From NCBI GenBank assembly GCA_964580315.1, contig CAZOKH010000030.1, forward strand, positions 1-38,298: a stretch of 38,298 nt of DNA, in the 5' to 3' direction. Source of the DNA: an uncultured Anaerolineaceae bacterium (GTDB taxonomy: Bacteria > Chloroflexota > Anaerolineae > Anaerolineales > Anaerolineaceae). The notes under the pieces were generated by a model. It did not search any database. It saw only the letters and a list, made by a program, of their open reading frames with translations, and had not been told where the DNA came from. The translations under genes were made by a program, and so were the position numbers. Within the stretch, counting starts at the first letter, position 1. The number at the start of each line of letters is the position of its first letter. Of the stretch, positions 1 through 8,464 are shown in pieces.

Positions 1-165
1 CTGCCGTGTCCCCATTTATCATTTTATACCTTTGGGTTGATCATACTAATGACAGAAAGAGTGGATGGATAAATATTGGTTATCAACGAATTCTTGCATT
101 ATTGGAATTGATGGGTTTGTGTTCGCCAACTTTTTGGACAGCTTCTGTTTTAAGAAAAAGAAAAT

Positions 166-549
166 ATGATCACTCCTGAAACCCTGCTTTCATGCAAGAA
201 AGAAAACCTGGCTGAACTGACGTCCACCCTAACCGCCGCCGATCTGTCACAACTGGTTGAGTGGTTGAATGAGAAAGACGACGACCTGCGCTACAAAAGT
301 TTTTTGCTGCTGCAAGACCGTTCGCAAAAATTTGACGATGTGTACCCTTACTGGGATACGTTGGTGGCAAAACTGGACAGTGACAATTCCTATCAGCGCA
401 GCCTGGGGCTGATGCTGCTGGACATCCTTTCCGTTTTAACTGCAATTCAAAAATTGCAGCCCGATGAGCGCATCAGCCGCTATGTTCACACGGCGCTGAC
501 CGGCGGGATTTTAGACACAAAGGCTAAGCGCCTGGTTGAGATAATGTAG
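166..549 (+). CDS. hypothetical protein (127 aa, K/D/L-rich). Its 3' end overlaps the convergent decarboxylase gene by 26 nt
   Basis: ORF track. ATG at 166 follows an A-rich stretch without a clear SD. No motif I recognise. Plausible coding composition. Confidence 0.4.
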   Translation: MITPETLLSCKKENLAELTSTLTAADLSQLVEWLNEKDDDLRYKSFLLLQDRSQKFDDVYPYWDTLVAKLDSDNSYQRSLGLMLLDILSVLTAIQKLQPDERISRYVHTALTGGILDTKAKRLVEIM

Positions 550-1936
550 CCTTCCGCGCCTGCACAAATGCCGTCACACTGCGCTCAATGTCTTCTTCGG
601 TGGTCGCCCACGAACACACGCTGATGCGGATGACCGGTGTGTCGTGCCATTTGGCGCCGCCGCACCAACACTCGCCCGATTGCTGCAGGTTTTTCAAAAC
701 GGCGGCGGTTTCTTCGGGGCTGCTGCAAGCCACCAACACCTGGTTAAAGACCACATCATTCAAGATGGTGAAACCCTGTTCGCTCAACAGGCGGGCAAAC
801 TGTTGGGCGCGGGCACACAACTCGTCCACCAATTCTTCCACGCCGCTCCTGCCGATGGTTTTGAGGGTTGCCCACAGCTCCAGAGCGCGTCCGCGGCGCG
901 ACATTTCGGGGGTGTAGAGCATACCGTCGCGGTTCTCGCCATACAGAATGTAGGAGCCGGTGGCTTGCAGGGCAGACACCAGCGCCTCGCGGTGTTTGCA
1001 CAGCACAATGCCGCTGTCATAGGGTGTATTCAAAGTCTTGTGTCCATCCACTGACCAGGAATCGGCTTTCTCCATGCCTTTTGTCAGGTGCTTTTGATTT
1101 TTGGAGGCGGCTGCCCACAGACCAAAGGCGCCGTCCACATGCACCCAGGCATGCGCGGCATTGCCAAGCTCGCACAACTCATCCAGCGGGTCAAACGACC
1201 CCGAATTGACATTGCCCGCCTGCAAAATCAACAGGGTGTTGCTGTCCAGCACGGGCAACTGCGAGGCAAGCATGCGCCCCTGTTCATCCACCGGCGCCCG
1301 TTCAATGCGGTCTTTGCCCAACCCCAGCAGCGCCAGCGACTTGAACACCGTGCTGTGTGCCTCGGCGCCCACCACCACCCGTATGGGAGGCGCGCCAAAC
1401 AAGCCCTGTGAATTCACATCCCAACCGGCGCGTTTCAGCAGTTCGTGCCGCGCAGCAGCCAGCCCACACAAAATTGCCATGGAAGATCCGCTGACAAAAC
1501 CTGCCGCACAGTCTTCCGGCAGTCCCAACAGTTCGACCACCCATTTTTCACTGACTGCTTCCAATTTTGATGAGATGGGAGAGGTGACATACAGGGCGGA
1601 AAGCTGATCCCACATATCCGACAACCATTTGGCAGCCAAAACCGGCGGGAACACACTGCCGACCACAAAACCATAGTACCGTCCGCCGGTGTGCGCCACC
1701 GTAGCCGGCGAACCGTATTCATGCAGCATACGCAGCATTTCAGCCGGGTCGCCAGGGATTTCGGGCAGCGCTTCATCGAAATGACTTAACGCTGCCAGGG
1801 CTTCATGGGTAGGAAAGACATTCCTGTCGAATATGCCATCCAGGTATTCATAGGCGTAACCTTTAGCCTGTTCAAACAAGTCCCGCTGCTGCATCAGGGG
1901 AACCATTTTCTGTTGCAAGTTTGTTCGTCGAGTCAT
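524..1936 (-). CDS. PLP-dependent group II amino-acid decarboxylase (glutamate/tyrosine/diaminobutyrate decarboxylase family)
   Basis: 470 aa. HVDGAFG and SVDGHKTLNTPYDSG (PLP-lysine context) are typical of fold-type I group II decarboxylases. AAGGAG SD lies 8 nt upstream of the ATG at 1936. Confidence 0.85.
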   Translation of the reverse strand: MTRRTNLQQKMVPLMQQRDLFEQAKGYAYEYLDGIFDRNVFPTHEALAALSHFDEALPEIPGDPAEMLRMLHEYGSPATVAHTGGRYYGFVVGSVFPPVLAAKWLSDMWDQLSALYVTSPISSKLEAVSEKWVVELLGLPEDCAAGFVSGSSMAILCGLAAARHELLKRAGWDVNSQGLFGAPPIRVVVGAEAHSTVFKSLALLGLGKDRIERAPVDEQGRMLASQLPVLDSNTLLILQAGNVNSGSFDPLDELCELGNAAHAWVHVDGAFGLWAAASKNQKHLTKGMEKADSWSVDGHKTLNTPYDSGIVLCKHREALVSALQATGSYILYGENRDGMLYTPEMSRRGRALELWATLKTIGRSGVEELVDELCARAQQFARLLSEQGFTILNDVVFNQVLVACSSPEETAAVLKNLQQSGECWCGGAKWHDTPVIRISVCSWATTEEDIERSVTAFVQARKATLSQPGA

Positions 1937-1975
1937 GGTGGTTGTCTCCTTTTTGACGATTTGAATTCGAACCGG

Positions 1976-2563
1976 CTATTCCGGCAAAAACACGCGCATG
2001 CCGTCCTGTTCATCCACAATGTAGGCGGCAGTAGGGTAGCGAAGGGCGATGCCGCTCATCCAAATGTCGCCAATGGCGCCGCTGGCGTTCAGCACAGCGC
2101 AAATACCCAGCAACGCCACCCAGCCTGTGCCACTGAGTAACCACATTCCCAGGACGCATACAATCGTCAGCACCACCAGGGGGGCTAGCGCCACGGCAAT
2201 GTACTGGTTGCGTTGAAAGGCGTGCCCCGGGCAGGTGGCATAGAACAGCAATTGTTTCCATTTGAAGCCGTATTGCGGCTTTGCCCCGAACAATTTCATC
2301 GTCATACCGTGCAGCCATTCATGCAGCACAATGGTGATCAATATGGAAGCCAGCGTGAAAACCACCTGGTTAACGTTAATCGAAAATGATTCCGGCAGGT
2401 TACCCAGGTGCAGGGCGATTTGAAAAAAGAACCATCCTGACAGGATGAACAGTGGGATGGCAAGTGCCTGTATCAGGATCAACCGGGCGGGGTTGCCGGT
2501 CAATCTCCAGTAGAGCACTTGTTGATAATGATCGGGTAGTGATGAAAAAGGGGTATTGTTCAT
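1976..2563 (-). CDS. DUF3267-like polytopic membrane protein with HExxH (HEWLHG) putative zinc-metallopeptidase motif
   Basis: 195 aa, several hydrophobic helices, HEWLH motif. 39 nt upstream of the decarboxylase gene on the same strand, so probably an operon. Confidence 0.6.
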   Translation of the reverse strand: MNNTPFSSLPDHYQQVLYWRLTGNPARLILIQALAIPLFILSGWFFFQIALHLGNLPESFSINVNQVVFTLASILITIVLHEWLHGMTMKLFGAKPQYGFKWKQLLFYATCPGHAFQRNQYIAVALAPLVVLTIVCVLGMWLLSGTGWVALLGICAVLNASGAIGDIWMSGIALRYPTAAYIVDEQDGMRVFLPE

Positions 2564-2588
2564 GGTTGTTAACCGCCGATATGGATGC

Positions 2589-3191
2589 TTAACGAGGAAG
2601 CGGTTTGCCTTTCAAGGGGAGATAATAAAAGCACAGCATATAGATGACAACTGAAAGCGATGCAATACCAATCAACCACGGAATGGTGATTTCAACTCCG
2701 CTGGCGGTTGCACCGGCGAACACGGCTGCCCCGATCACCACGCCGGAAAGAATGGAAACTTCCAACGCCAGCAAAAAACCAACGCTCCAGGCTTTGAATG
2801 GAGATGGAATGGTGGCGGTTTGCCAGCTAAAGCAATCAGCCAGCGTCGGGCATTCCCGGATCAACGCATCTTTCATGCTGTTCATGGCGCGCACGCTTTC
2901 CAACCAGGCGGTTCTCAAACGCGCCAGGTGCAGCACAGTGAGCATGCCCAGCACCGCCACCACGCCAAAAATGACCACCAGCCAGCGCGCGAGCAGGATG
3001 ATGTTCAGTTGATTGATTTGTGAAGAAATGATGGCGGCAATCAATGACCCGATGCTGATCAGGAAAAACTCGGAGACACGCGCGCGGTCTTCCTGCGCCT
3101 GGAAGGCGGTCTGGGCGATGTACTGAAATTCTGCCGTTAAGAATTCTTGATACGGCTCGATGGGTTTGTCATTCCGGTTTTCCAGGTCCAT
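2589..3191 (-). CDS. hypothetical integral membrane protein (200 aa)
   Basis: ORF track. Multiple predicted TM segments. Stop lies 25 nt before the DUF3267 start, and it is the first gene of the same-strand cluster. Confidence 0.55.
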   Translation of the reverse strand: MDLENRNDKPIEPYQEFLTAEFQYIAQTAFQAQEDRARVSEFFLISIGSLIAAIISSQINQLNIILLARWLVVIFGVVAVLGMLTVLHLARLRTAWLESVRAMNSMKDALIRECPTLADCFSWQTATIPSPFKAWSVGFLLALEVSILSGVVIGAAVFAGATASGVEITIPWLIGIASLSVVIYMLCFYYLPLKGKPLPR

Positions 3192-3327
3192 GCTGCCCTT
3201 CCCTTCAAATTTCAGCGCTTTTTTCTTGTGAATAATTATGCCATACTATTAACTATGCAATCTTTGCCAGCAGAAATCAGTGAATCGGCTGCCTTCAGGG
3301 ATTTTAAAGCTTATGGAGAAGAAAACC

Positions 3328-3978
3328 ATGAACGACATACTCTTAAACCTGTTTGTCCTGGCTGTGTTTGTCATCATCGCGGGGGGTATTTTCCTGTTTG
3401 TTCGCAATAAACAGGCTGAACAGAAGAAAGAAATTGAGCGCATGGCAGCAGAACGCGGCTGGAGCTATGAGTCGCTGCGCGAACCGCTGTCCTGGGGGGA
3501 GCGGATTAAAGGGGCCAACTGGACGCTGGAAGCCATTTCTACCTCCAGCGGCAGAGAAACCGGCCCGGGGTCCAGCGATGTGAGCATGTTGACCACCTGG
3601 AAGGCTGACGCCCCCGGCAGCACCCTGCTGATTGGCAAAGGCTCGGCGCAGGCCAACCTGGGCGCCATGGGCGACACCCTGACGCAGCAGGTGTTGAAAA
3701 TGGCCCTGGGCGCTGATGCGTATGAACTGGATGAGGTGGAGGTGGGCAGTCCTGAATTCCGCAGTCAATACATGGTGTGGGCGCAGGAACCCGCCGAGGC
3801 CGGGGTGCTGGTATCACCCGCCCTGCAAGCGGCTTTGCTGAAGTGGAAAGGGGAACCCCCGGTGATTAAACGCACCAGCCAGGGATTGATCATTGAAGTG
3901 CACGGCGTGCACCTGAAAAAGCCGGATGAATTGACCGCGCTCATTCAAATTGGCGAGCTGCTGCTGGAAGATTACTGA
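3328..3978 (+). CDS. hypothetical membrane-anchored protein (N-terminal TM helix, then soluble domain)
   Basis: ORF track gives 3280..3978. Preferred start is ATG 3328 (MNDILLNLFVLAV...) with GGAGAAG SD 7 nt upstream. No family recognised. Confidence 0.55.
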   Translation: MNDILLNLFVLAVFVIIAGGIFLFVRNKQAEQKKEIERMAAERGWSYESLREPLSWGERIKGANWTLEAISTSSGRETGPGSSDVSMLTTWKADAPGSTLLIGKGSAQANLGAMGDTLTQQVLKMALGADAYELDEVEVGSPEFRSQYMVWAQEPAEAGVLVSPALQAALLKWKGEPPVIKRTSQGLIIEVHGVHLKKPDELTALIQIGELLLEDY

Positions 3979-4013
3979 TCAACGAAGAATAAACGATCTC
4001 CCGTTGGAGAGGA

Positions 4014-5093
4014 TCAGCTCTCTTCGACATTCGGCAATGAAATGGTAAACGTGGTGCCCTGCCCCACCTGGCTGGCGGCTTCAATGCTGCCGCCGTGGGC
4101 GCGCACCAATTGGCGGGCAATGGCCAGCCCCAGCCCGCTGCCGGCGCCGTCGCGCGTGCGGGCGCGGTCGCCTTTCCAGAAGCGGTCAAAAATGTAGGGC
4201 AGGTCTTCGGCAGCGATGCCGGCCCCGTTGTCGGCGACGGTGATGACCACCTGCTCAGCAGTGGCCTGGGCGGTCAGGGTGATGCTGCCGTCTTCCGGCG
4301 TGTAGCGCAGCGCATTGGCCACCAGGTTGGAAAGCACCTGGTCCAGGCGGTCGTAATCGGCGTTCAACTCAACATCGGTTTCACACTTCGCCTGCAGGGT
4401 AACCTTTTGGGCGGCGGCACGGGATGAGAAACTGGCGGCCACGTCGTTCAGCAGGTCGGCCGTTGCGAAGCGGGTGGGATGCAGCGGCAGTTGACCGGCT
4501 TCTGCCAGCGAGAGGGTTTGCAAATCGCTCACCAGGCGGGTCAGCAGGTGGGTCTCATCCAGCATGGCGTTCAGGTTTTCGGGGGTGGGTTCATACACGC
4601 CGTCCAGCATGCCCTCCAGGTTGCCCTGGATGATGTGCAGCGGCGTGCGCAGTTCATGGGCAATGTCGGCGGTCATGTTGCGGCGCTGCTGCTCGGCGCG
4701 CGCCAGTTCACTGATCATGTGGTTGAGGCTGCGCGCCAGGGTGCGAAAATAGCGGTTGCCCGTTTCATCTATCTGTGTATTTAGATTTCCCCTGGCCACT
4801 TCGTCGATGGTGTCAAATATATCAATGACGGGGTTTCCCACCTTGCGGAAACTTGCCCTGCCGATGATGCCGACCAGGATGAATAGGGCCAGGGGAATCA
4901 GAATCACCAGGCCGAAAAAGCGCGGACTCAACAATTTTTCCAGGCTGATGTCGGCATCCTGGGCTAGAAAATACGCGATGACGCTGAAGCCAACATAAAA
5001 AAGCACACCCAATAAAACAAACAGCCTGAAAAAGCTCTTGAAGAGAACATGATGATTGATATTGGAACGGGGAGGATGATGGTGGTACTTCAC
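4014..5093 (-). CDS. two-component sensor histidine kinase (2 TM, HAMP, HisKA, HATPase_c)
   Basis: H-box ADIAHELRTPL. ATP-lid motifs ADNGAGI and GSGLGLAIAR. GTG start 8 nt after the stop of the upstream response-regulator gene. Confidence 0.9.
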   Translation of the reverse strand: MKYHHHPPRSNINHHVLFKSFFRLFVLLGVLFYVGFSVIAYFLAQDADISLEKLLSPRFFGLVILIPLALFILVGIIGRASFRKVGNPVIDIFDTIDEVARGNLNTQIDETGNRYFRTLARSLNHMISELARAEQQRRNMTADIAHELRTPLHIIQGNLEGMLDGVYEPTPENLNAMLDETHLLTRLVSDLQTLSLAEAGQLPLHPTRFATADLLNDVAASFSSRAAAQKVTLQAKCETDVELNADYDRLDQVLSNLVANALRYTPEDGSITLTAQATAEQVVITVADNGAGIAAEDLPYIFDRFWKGDRARTRDGAGSGLGLAIARQLVRAHGGSIEAASQVGQGTTFTISLPNVEES

Positions 5094-5101
5094 AGGACAT
5101 C

Positions 5102-5773
5102 CTATTCGAGCAGGCGGTAACCGATGCCGTAAACGGTTTCAATGACCAGGTTGGCATTTTCCAGCTTGCGGCGCAGGTTTTTGATGTGCGAGTCGATGCT
5201 GCGGTCAAGCCCCACACCTGCCATGCCGTACAGTTCATCCATCAACTGCTCGCGGGTGAGGGTTTGCCCGGGACGGCGCGCCAGGCAGGCCAGCAGGGTG
5301 AATTCGTTGGGGGTTAAATGAACGGGGGTGTTTGCCAGGGTCACGCTGTGTCCGTCCACGTCAATTTCCAGGCTGCCCACATGCAGGCGGGTTGGGGGTT
5401 TCACCTGTCCCTGGGTGCGGCGCAGCATGGCGCGCACGCGCGCCACCAGCGCGCGCGGCGAGAAAGGCTTGACGATGTAATCGTCCGCGCCGATCTCCAA
5501 CCCGGCCACCTGGTCGCTTTCTTCAGCCAGGGCGGTGAGCATGATGATGGGCACGTCGCTTTCGCGGCGCAAAATGCGGCACACTTCGCGCCCGTCCAGG
5601 CCGGGCAGCATCAGGTCGAGCACAATCAAATCGGGGTGCTCGCGGCGCGCCACAGCCAGCGCGGTGGGACCATCGGCTGCCACCTGCACGCGAAAACCGT
5701 TTTTCTCCAGGTAGTCGCGCGCCAAGCGCGACACTTTGGGTTCGTCGTCAACCACCAGGATGAGCTCTTGCAT
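5102..5773 (-). CDS. OmpR/PhoB-family response regulator (receiver + winged-helix)
   Basis: LVVDDEP..., DLIVLDLMLPGLDG receiver motifs. C-terminal winged-helix (ETVYGIGYRL). Confidence 0.9.
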   Translation of the reverse strand: MQELILVVDDEPKVSRLARDYLEKNGFRVQVAADGPTALAVARREHPDLIVLDLMLPGLDGREVCRILRRESDVPIIMLTALAEESDQVAGLEIGADDYIVKPFSPRALVARVRAMLRRTQGQVKPPTRLHVGSLEIDVDGHSVTLANTPVHLTPNEFTLLACLARRPGQTLTREQLMDELYGMAGVGLDRSIDSHIKNLRRKLENANLVIETVYGIGYRLLE

Positions 5774-5868
5774 AGGATTAGTTTATCAGAAGTGTAGAAA
5801 GAGAACAAATCCGTTCCGATTCTCGATACAGGTTGACCGAAAATCGGAACGGTGTGCCAGTGGTCAGG

Positions 5869-6291
5869 CTATTTGTTTTCAGCCTGCGGAGCTTGCGGCT
5901 GAGCGGCATTGGGCGGGTAAGGCTGTCCTTCCCAATAGGGCGCCCAGGGGTGCATGTGGTGGTGCCATCTGTGATAGGCCCAGGGGCGGAAGAAGATCAG
6001 GCGCAGCGCAGTGAAGAACAGGAAGATCGTAATCACAATCCCGATCAGGCGGCTTACGGGATAAGTCCCAAAGATAAAAGGATTGTAGTATCTGACTTGC
6101 CCCGGGGTGCGGTACGCGTAGGACGCGGGCAGTTCGCCGGTTTTGTCCAGCCATTTTTCCATCTGCTCGGCCACCGCGGGACTGTTGGACACACCCTGGC
6201 CGTAACCAAACTGGAAGGCCACGCCGGCTGCAATGACCAGCAGCAGGATCACGCCTGCCACCTGCAATATGATTGAAGTTGTTTTTGACAT
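5869..6291 (-). CDS. small membrane protein (140 aa, 2 TM, His/Trp/Pro-rich C-terminal tail), first gene of the RR-HK operon
   Basis: ORF track. CTGGAGGAAAAAATG SD/start at 6291. 95 nt upstream of the RR gene on the same strand. Confidence 0.6.
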   Translation of the reverse strand: MSKTTSIILQVAGVILLLVIAAGVAFQFGYGQGVSNSPAVAEQMEKWLDKTGELPASYAYRTPGQVRYYNPFIFGTYPVSRLIGIVITIFLFFTALRLIFFRPWAYHRWHHHMHPWAPYWEGQPYPPNAAQPQAPQAENK

Positions 6292-6322
6292 TTTTTCCTC
6301 CAGAAAAAATTGATTGCTTGAT

Positions 6323-6405
6323 TTGATAGACTAAATTTATCAACCAATTGTGGAGGAATTGTGAGGACGGCTTGGAAACATTGTGGAGATTGTGACGAAT
6401 GTGGA
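6323..6405. promoter_or_regulatory. upstream regulatory module: inverted repeat TTGATA-N9-TATCAA (6323..6343) followed by five phased direct repeats ATTGTG(G)A (6347, 6358, 6380, 6389, 6399)
   Basis: Read directly from sequence. It lies 30-115 nt upstream of the 5869..6291/RR/HK operon start. A near-identical core recurs at 8394..8456. Confidence 0.5.
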
Positions 6406-6565
6406 TTGCTGACAGGAAATGGATCATTTAAACTATCCATTTATACACCGGAGAATAAAAAACAAACAGATTGATTAGCCTATGCATATTGAGGAAGAAA
6501 TTTCTGTCATTTCGACAAGCGCAGTGGATTCAAGCGAAACGTATCCAATTGCGCGAGGAGAAATC

Positions 6566-7819
6566 TTAACGCTGATCAAACATGTCGCATGTTGGTGGTT
6601 TTTGGGATGGCACCTGAATGCTTTTCAGCCAGGCCAGCGGCCTGGACTGCACAGCTTCGACCACGCGCGCGGTCAACTGAACCGCCTCCACGATGCGCTG
6701 CGGATTCATCCAGCGTTCGGTGTCGTCAAGCTGGTGCGCCAGGTGCAGCAGGGCGCGCGAACTGAACGCCAGGGCCGGCACACCGCGGAAGGAAAAGGTG
6801 CTGTGGTTGCTCTCGGGCCAGGGATCGACCCACTGCACCGCCGGGAATTCACGGCTGATTGCTTCGACGCAGGCGGTGAATTCCGGCGAAGCGGCGAAAA
6901 TGGCCAGGGTGTTGGCGTCGAGGGTATGCCCCAACCCGTCAAAATTGACTGCCAGCATCACCCGGTCAAGAAAACCCTCCCCGGCTTTTTCCAGGTAGGT
7001 GTCATCGCCGATGGGCAGGTATTCTTCGTTGGTGAAAGCCACCAGTTCCAGGCCAATTTGGGTGGGAACATTGGAAAAGTGCTGCGCCAGCCCCAGCAGC
7101 GCGGCCACCCCGGCGGCATTGTCGCCGGCGCCGGGGGTGTCAAACTTGGTGTCATAGTGCGCGCACAGCACCAGGGTTTCGGGGCGTTGGCCGGGGCGGC
7201 GGGCAACCAGGTTGGCGGTTGTTCCCTCATTTCGGCTGGTTTTCAGGCGCAGGTGCGCCGGGGCAGCCGGTTCGTTGAACAGCGCCAGGGCGCTTTCAGC
7301 CGGCAGCGTGGCTGAGGGGAGGGCGAATTCCCAGTCTTCGATGATGCGGTTGATGGAGCCTGGTTTCATTTGCACGGTCAGCACGGCGGCGGGGGCTTTT
7401 TGTTCCAGAATTTCAATGATGCGTTTGTCGCGCTCATCGATGAGGAACCACGATTTACAGGCAATGGGGTCGCGGGTCAGGTCGCCGTACAGCAGGGCAA
7501 TTTTGCCGGTGATGTCGGCTGCTTCCAGCTCGGCCAGGGTGCAGGCTTTTACCAGGTTGGCAGACACATCGCAAGACGGCGAGTAGATGTTGGTCAGCAC
7601 TTCAAAGGTTTTGCCGTTGCAGGTCAGTTCGGCCAATTCAGTCTGCCAGTTTTGGCAGGCTAAGGTTTGTGTTTCCACATCCCAGCCGAATTGGTGCATT
7701 TGACCGGCAATGTAATCGGCGGCGGCACGGCAGTTGGCTGAACCGGATGGGCGCGGCCCAATTTTGCTGCTCAGGTGGTGAATGTGAGCGGCAACAGTGT
7801 CTATCATTTTTTGTGTCAT
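6566..7819 (-). CDS. M28-family zinc aminopeptidase (cytoplasmic, no signal peptide)
   Basis: 417 aa. HYDTKFDTPGAGDNAAGVAALLGL is the M28 metal-ligand/Asp-Asp-type block. GAGGGA SD lies 8 nt before the ATG. Confidence 0.85.
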   Translation of the reverse strand: MTQKMIDTVAAHIHHLSSKIGPRPSGSANCRAAADYIAGQMHQFGWDVETQTLACQNWQTELAELTCNGKTFEVLTNIYSPSCDVSANLVKACTLAELEAADITGKIALLYGDLTRDPIACKSWFLIDERDKRIIEILEQKAPAAVLTVQMKPGSINRIIEDWEFALPSATLPAESALALFNEPAAPAHLRLKTSRNEGTTANLVARRPGQRPETLVLCAHYDTKFDTPGAGDNAAGVAALLGLAQHFSNVPTQIGLELVAFTNEEYLPIGDDTYLEKAGEGFLDRVMLAVNFDGLGHTLDANTLAIFAASPEFTACVEAISREFPAVQWVDPWPESNHSTFSFRGVPALAFSSRALLHLAHQLDDTERWMNPQRIVEAVQLTARVVEAVQSRPLAWLKSIQVPSQKPPTCDMFDQR

Positions 7820-7897
7820 AAAAATTCCCTCGAAGATTTTGTTTAATTTAATGATAAGACACTGGTGCGCTAATGGAGAGTTTGTAGTGCAGGGAAA

Positions 7898-8374
7898 TTA
7901 CAGCCAGCGCCGGGTACGCTGTTGATAATCTTCCCATCGCCCGCTGAATTTTTGGGCCAGCATGCGCTCTTCAACCGTGATGAAAAAGTGGTGGACGAGC
8001 AAGCCATAAGCCGGGATTACGACAAAGGGGGTCAATGAGCCCAGTAAGACCGCCATGCCGGTCAGGATGAATAGAAACCCCAGGTACATCGGGTTCCTGC
8101 TGATGCGGTACACCCCGTTGGTTACCAGTGCGTTGGATTGGATGAACGGCTTGACCGTGGTGTTTGCACTGTGAAAAGCTGCATCGGCGGCGCAATTGAG
8201 AAATAAACCCACCGCCAGCGGGAGCAATCCCAGCATGCCCCATGCGGGAGGGATGAGTTTGACCACCGGATAGGAAAAATGCAGCGCCAGCATGGCAATG
8301 AAGGCAGCCAGCAGGCAGGTGGTCGGCATGATCTTTTTTGTTTTGAATACATCAGACGAATAGGTTTGAAACAT
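7898..8374 (-). CDS. isoprenylcysteine carboxyl methyltransferase (ICMT)/phospholipid-methyltransferase-family membrane protein
   Basis: C-terminal GVYRISRNPMYLG...EERMLAQKFSGRWEDY is diagnostic of the ICMT/PEMT fold. The ORF track starts at TTG 8416, but CTGGAGGAGCA-ATG (MFQTY) at 8374 has a far better SD. Confidence 0.75.
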   Translation of the reverse strand: MFQTYSSDVFKTKKIMPTTCLLAAFIAMLALHFSYPVVKLIPPAWGMLGLLPLAVGLFLNCAADAAFHSANTTVKPFIQSNALVTNGVYRISRNPMYLGFLFILTGMAVLLGSLTPFVVIPAYGLLVHHFFITVEERMLAQKFSGRWEDYQQRTRRWL

Positions 8375-8393
8375 TGCTCCTCCAGGTTTTGTT

Positions 8394-8456
8394 GATACAT
8401 TCAATGTATCCAACAAATCTGGAGGAATTGTGATGAAGAACTGAAAAAATTCTGGA
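8394..8456. promoter_or_regulatory. second copy of the regulatory module: perfect palindrome GATACATT-c-AATGTATC (8394..8410), then GGAGGAATTGTGA (8421..8433) and ATTCTGGA (8449..8456)
   Basis: TATC-[A/C]A-N-CAA-N-T-N-TGGAGGAATTGTGA-[G/T]-GA shared with 6340..6367. Located 20-80 nt upstream of the ICMT gene start at 8374. Confidence 0.5.
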
Positions 8457-8464
8457 AATTTTAC

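Noticed and set aside
6343-6407. Short direct repeats, considered as a possible CRISPR array
   Set aside because: Units are only 7-8 nt with irregular 9-22-nt spacing and no conserved repeat of 24 nt or more, and there are no cas genes. The pattern fits transcription-factor binding repeats instead.
6361-6474. 37-codon GTG-initiated ORF MRTAWKHCGDCDECGLL... with a CxxCxxC pattern and a GGAGG SD
   Set aside because: The Cys codons (TGT) are a by-product of the ATTGTG direct repeats. The homologous GGAGGAATTGTGA element at 8421 yields only a 3-4 codon ORF, so the conserved feature is the DNA motif rather than a peptide.
6482-7315. 277-aa plus-strand ORF
   Set aside because: Entirely antisense to the M28 peptidase gene, which has clear family motifs. 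Gly/Arg/Ala-rich composition typical of the reverse frame of a GC-rich gene.
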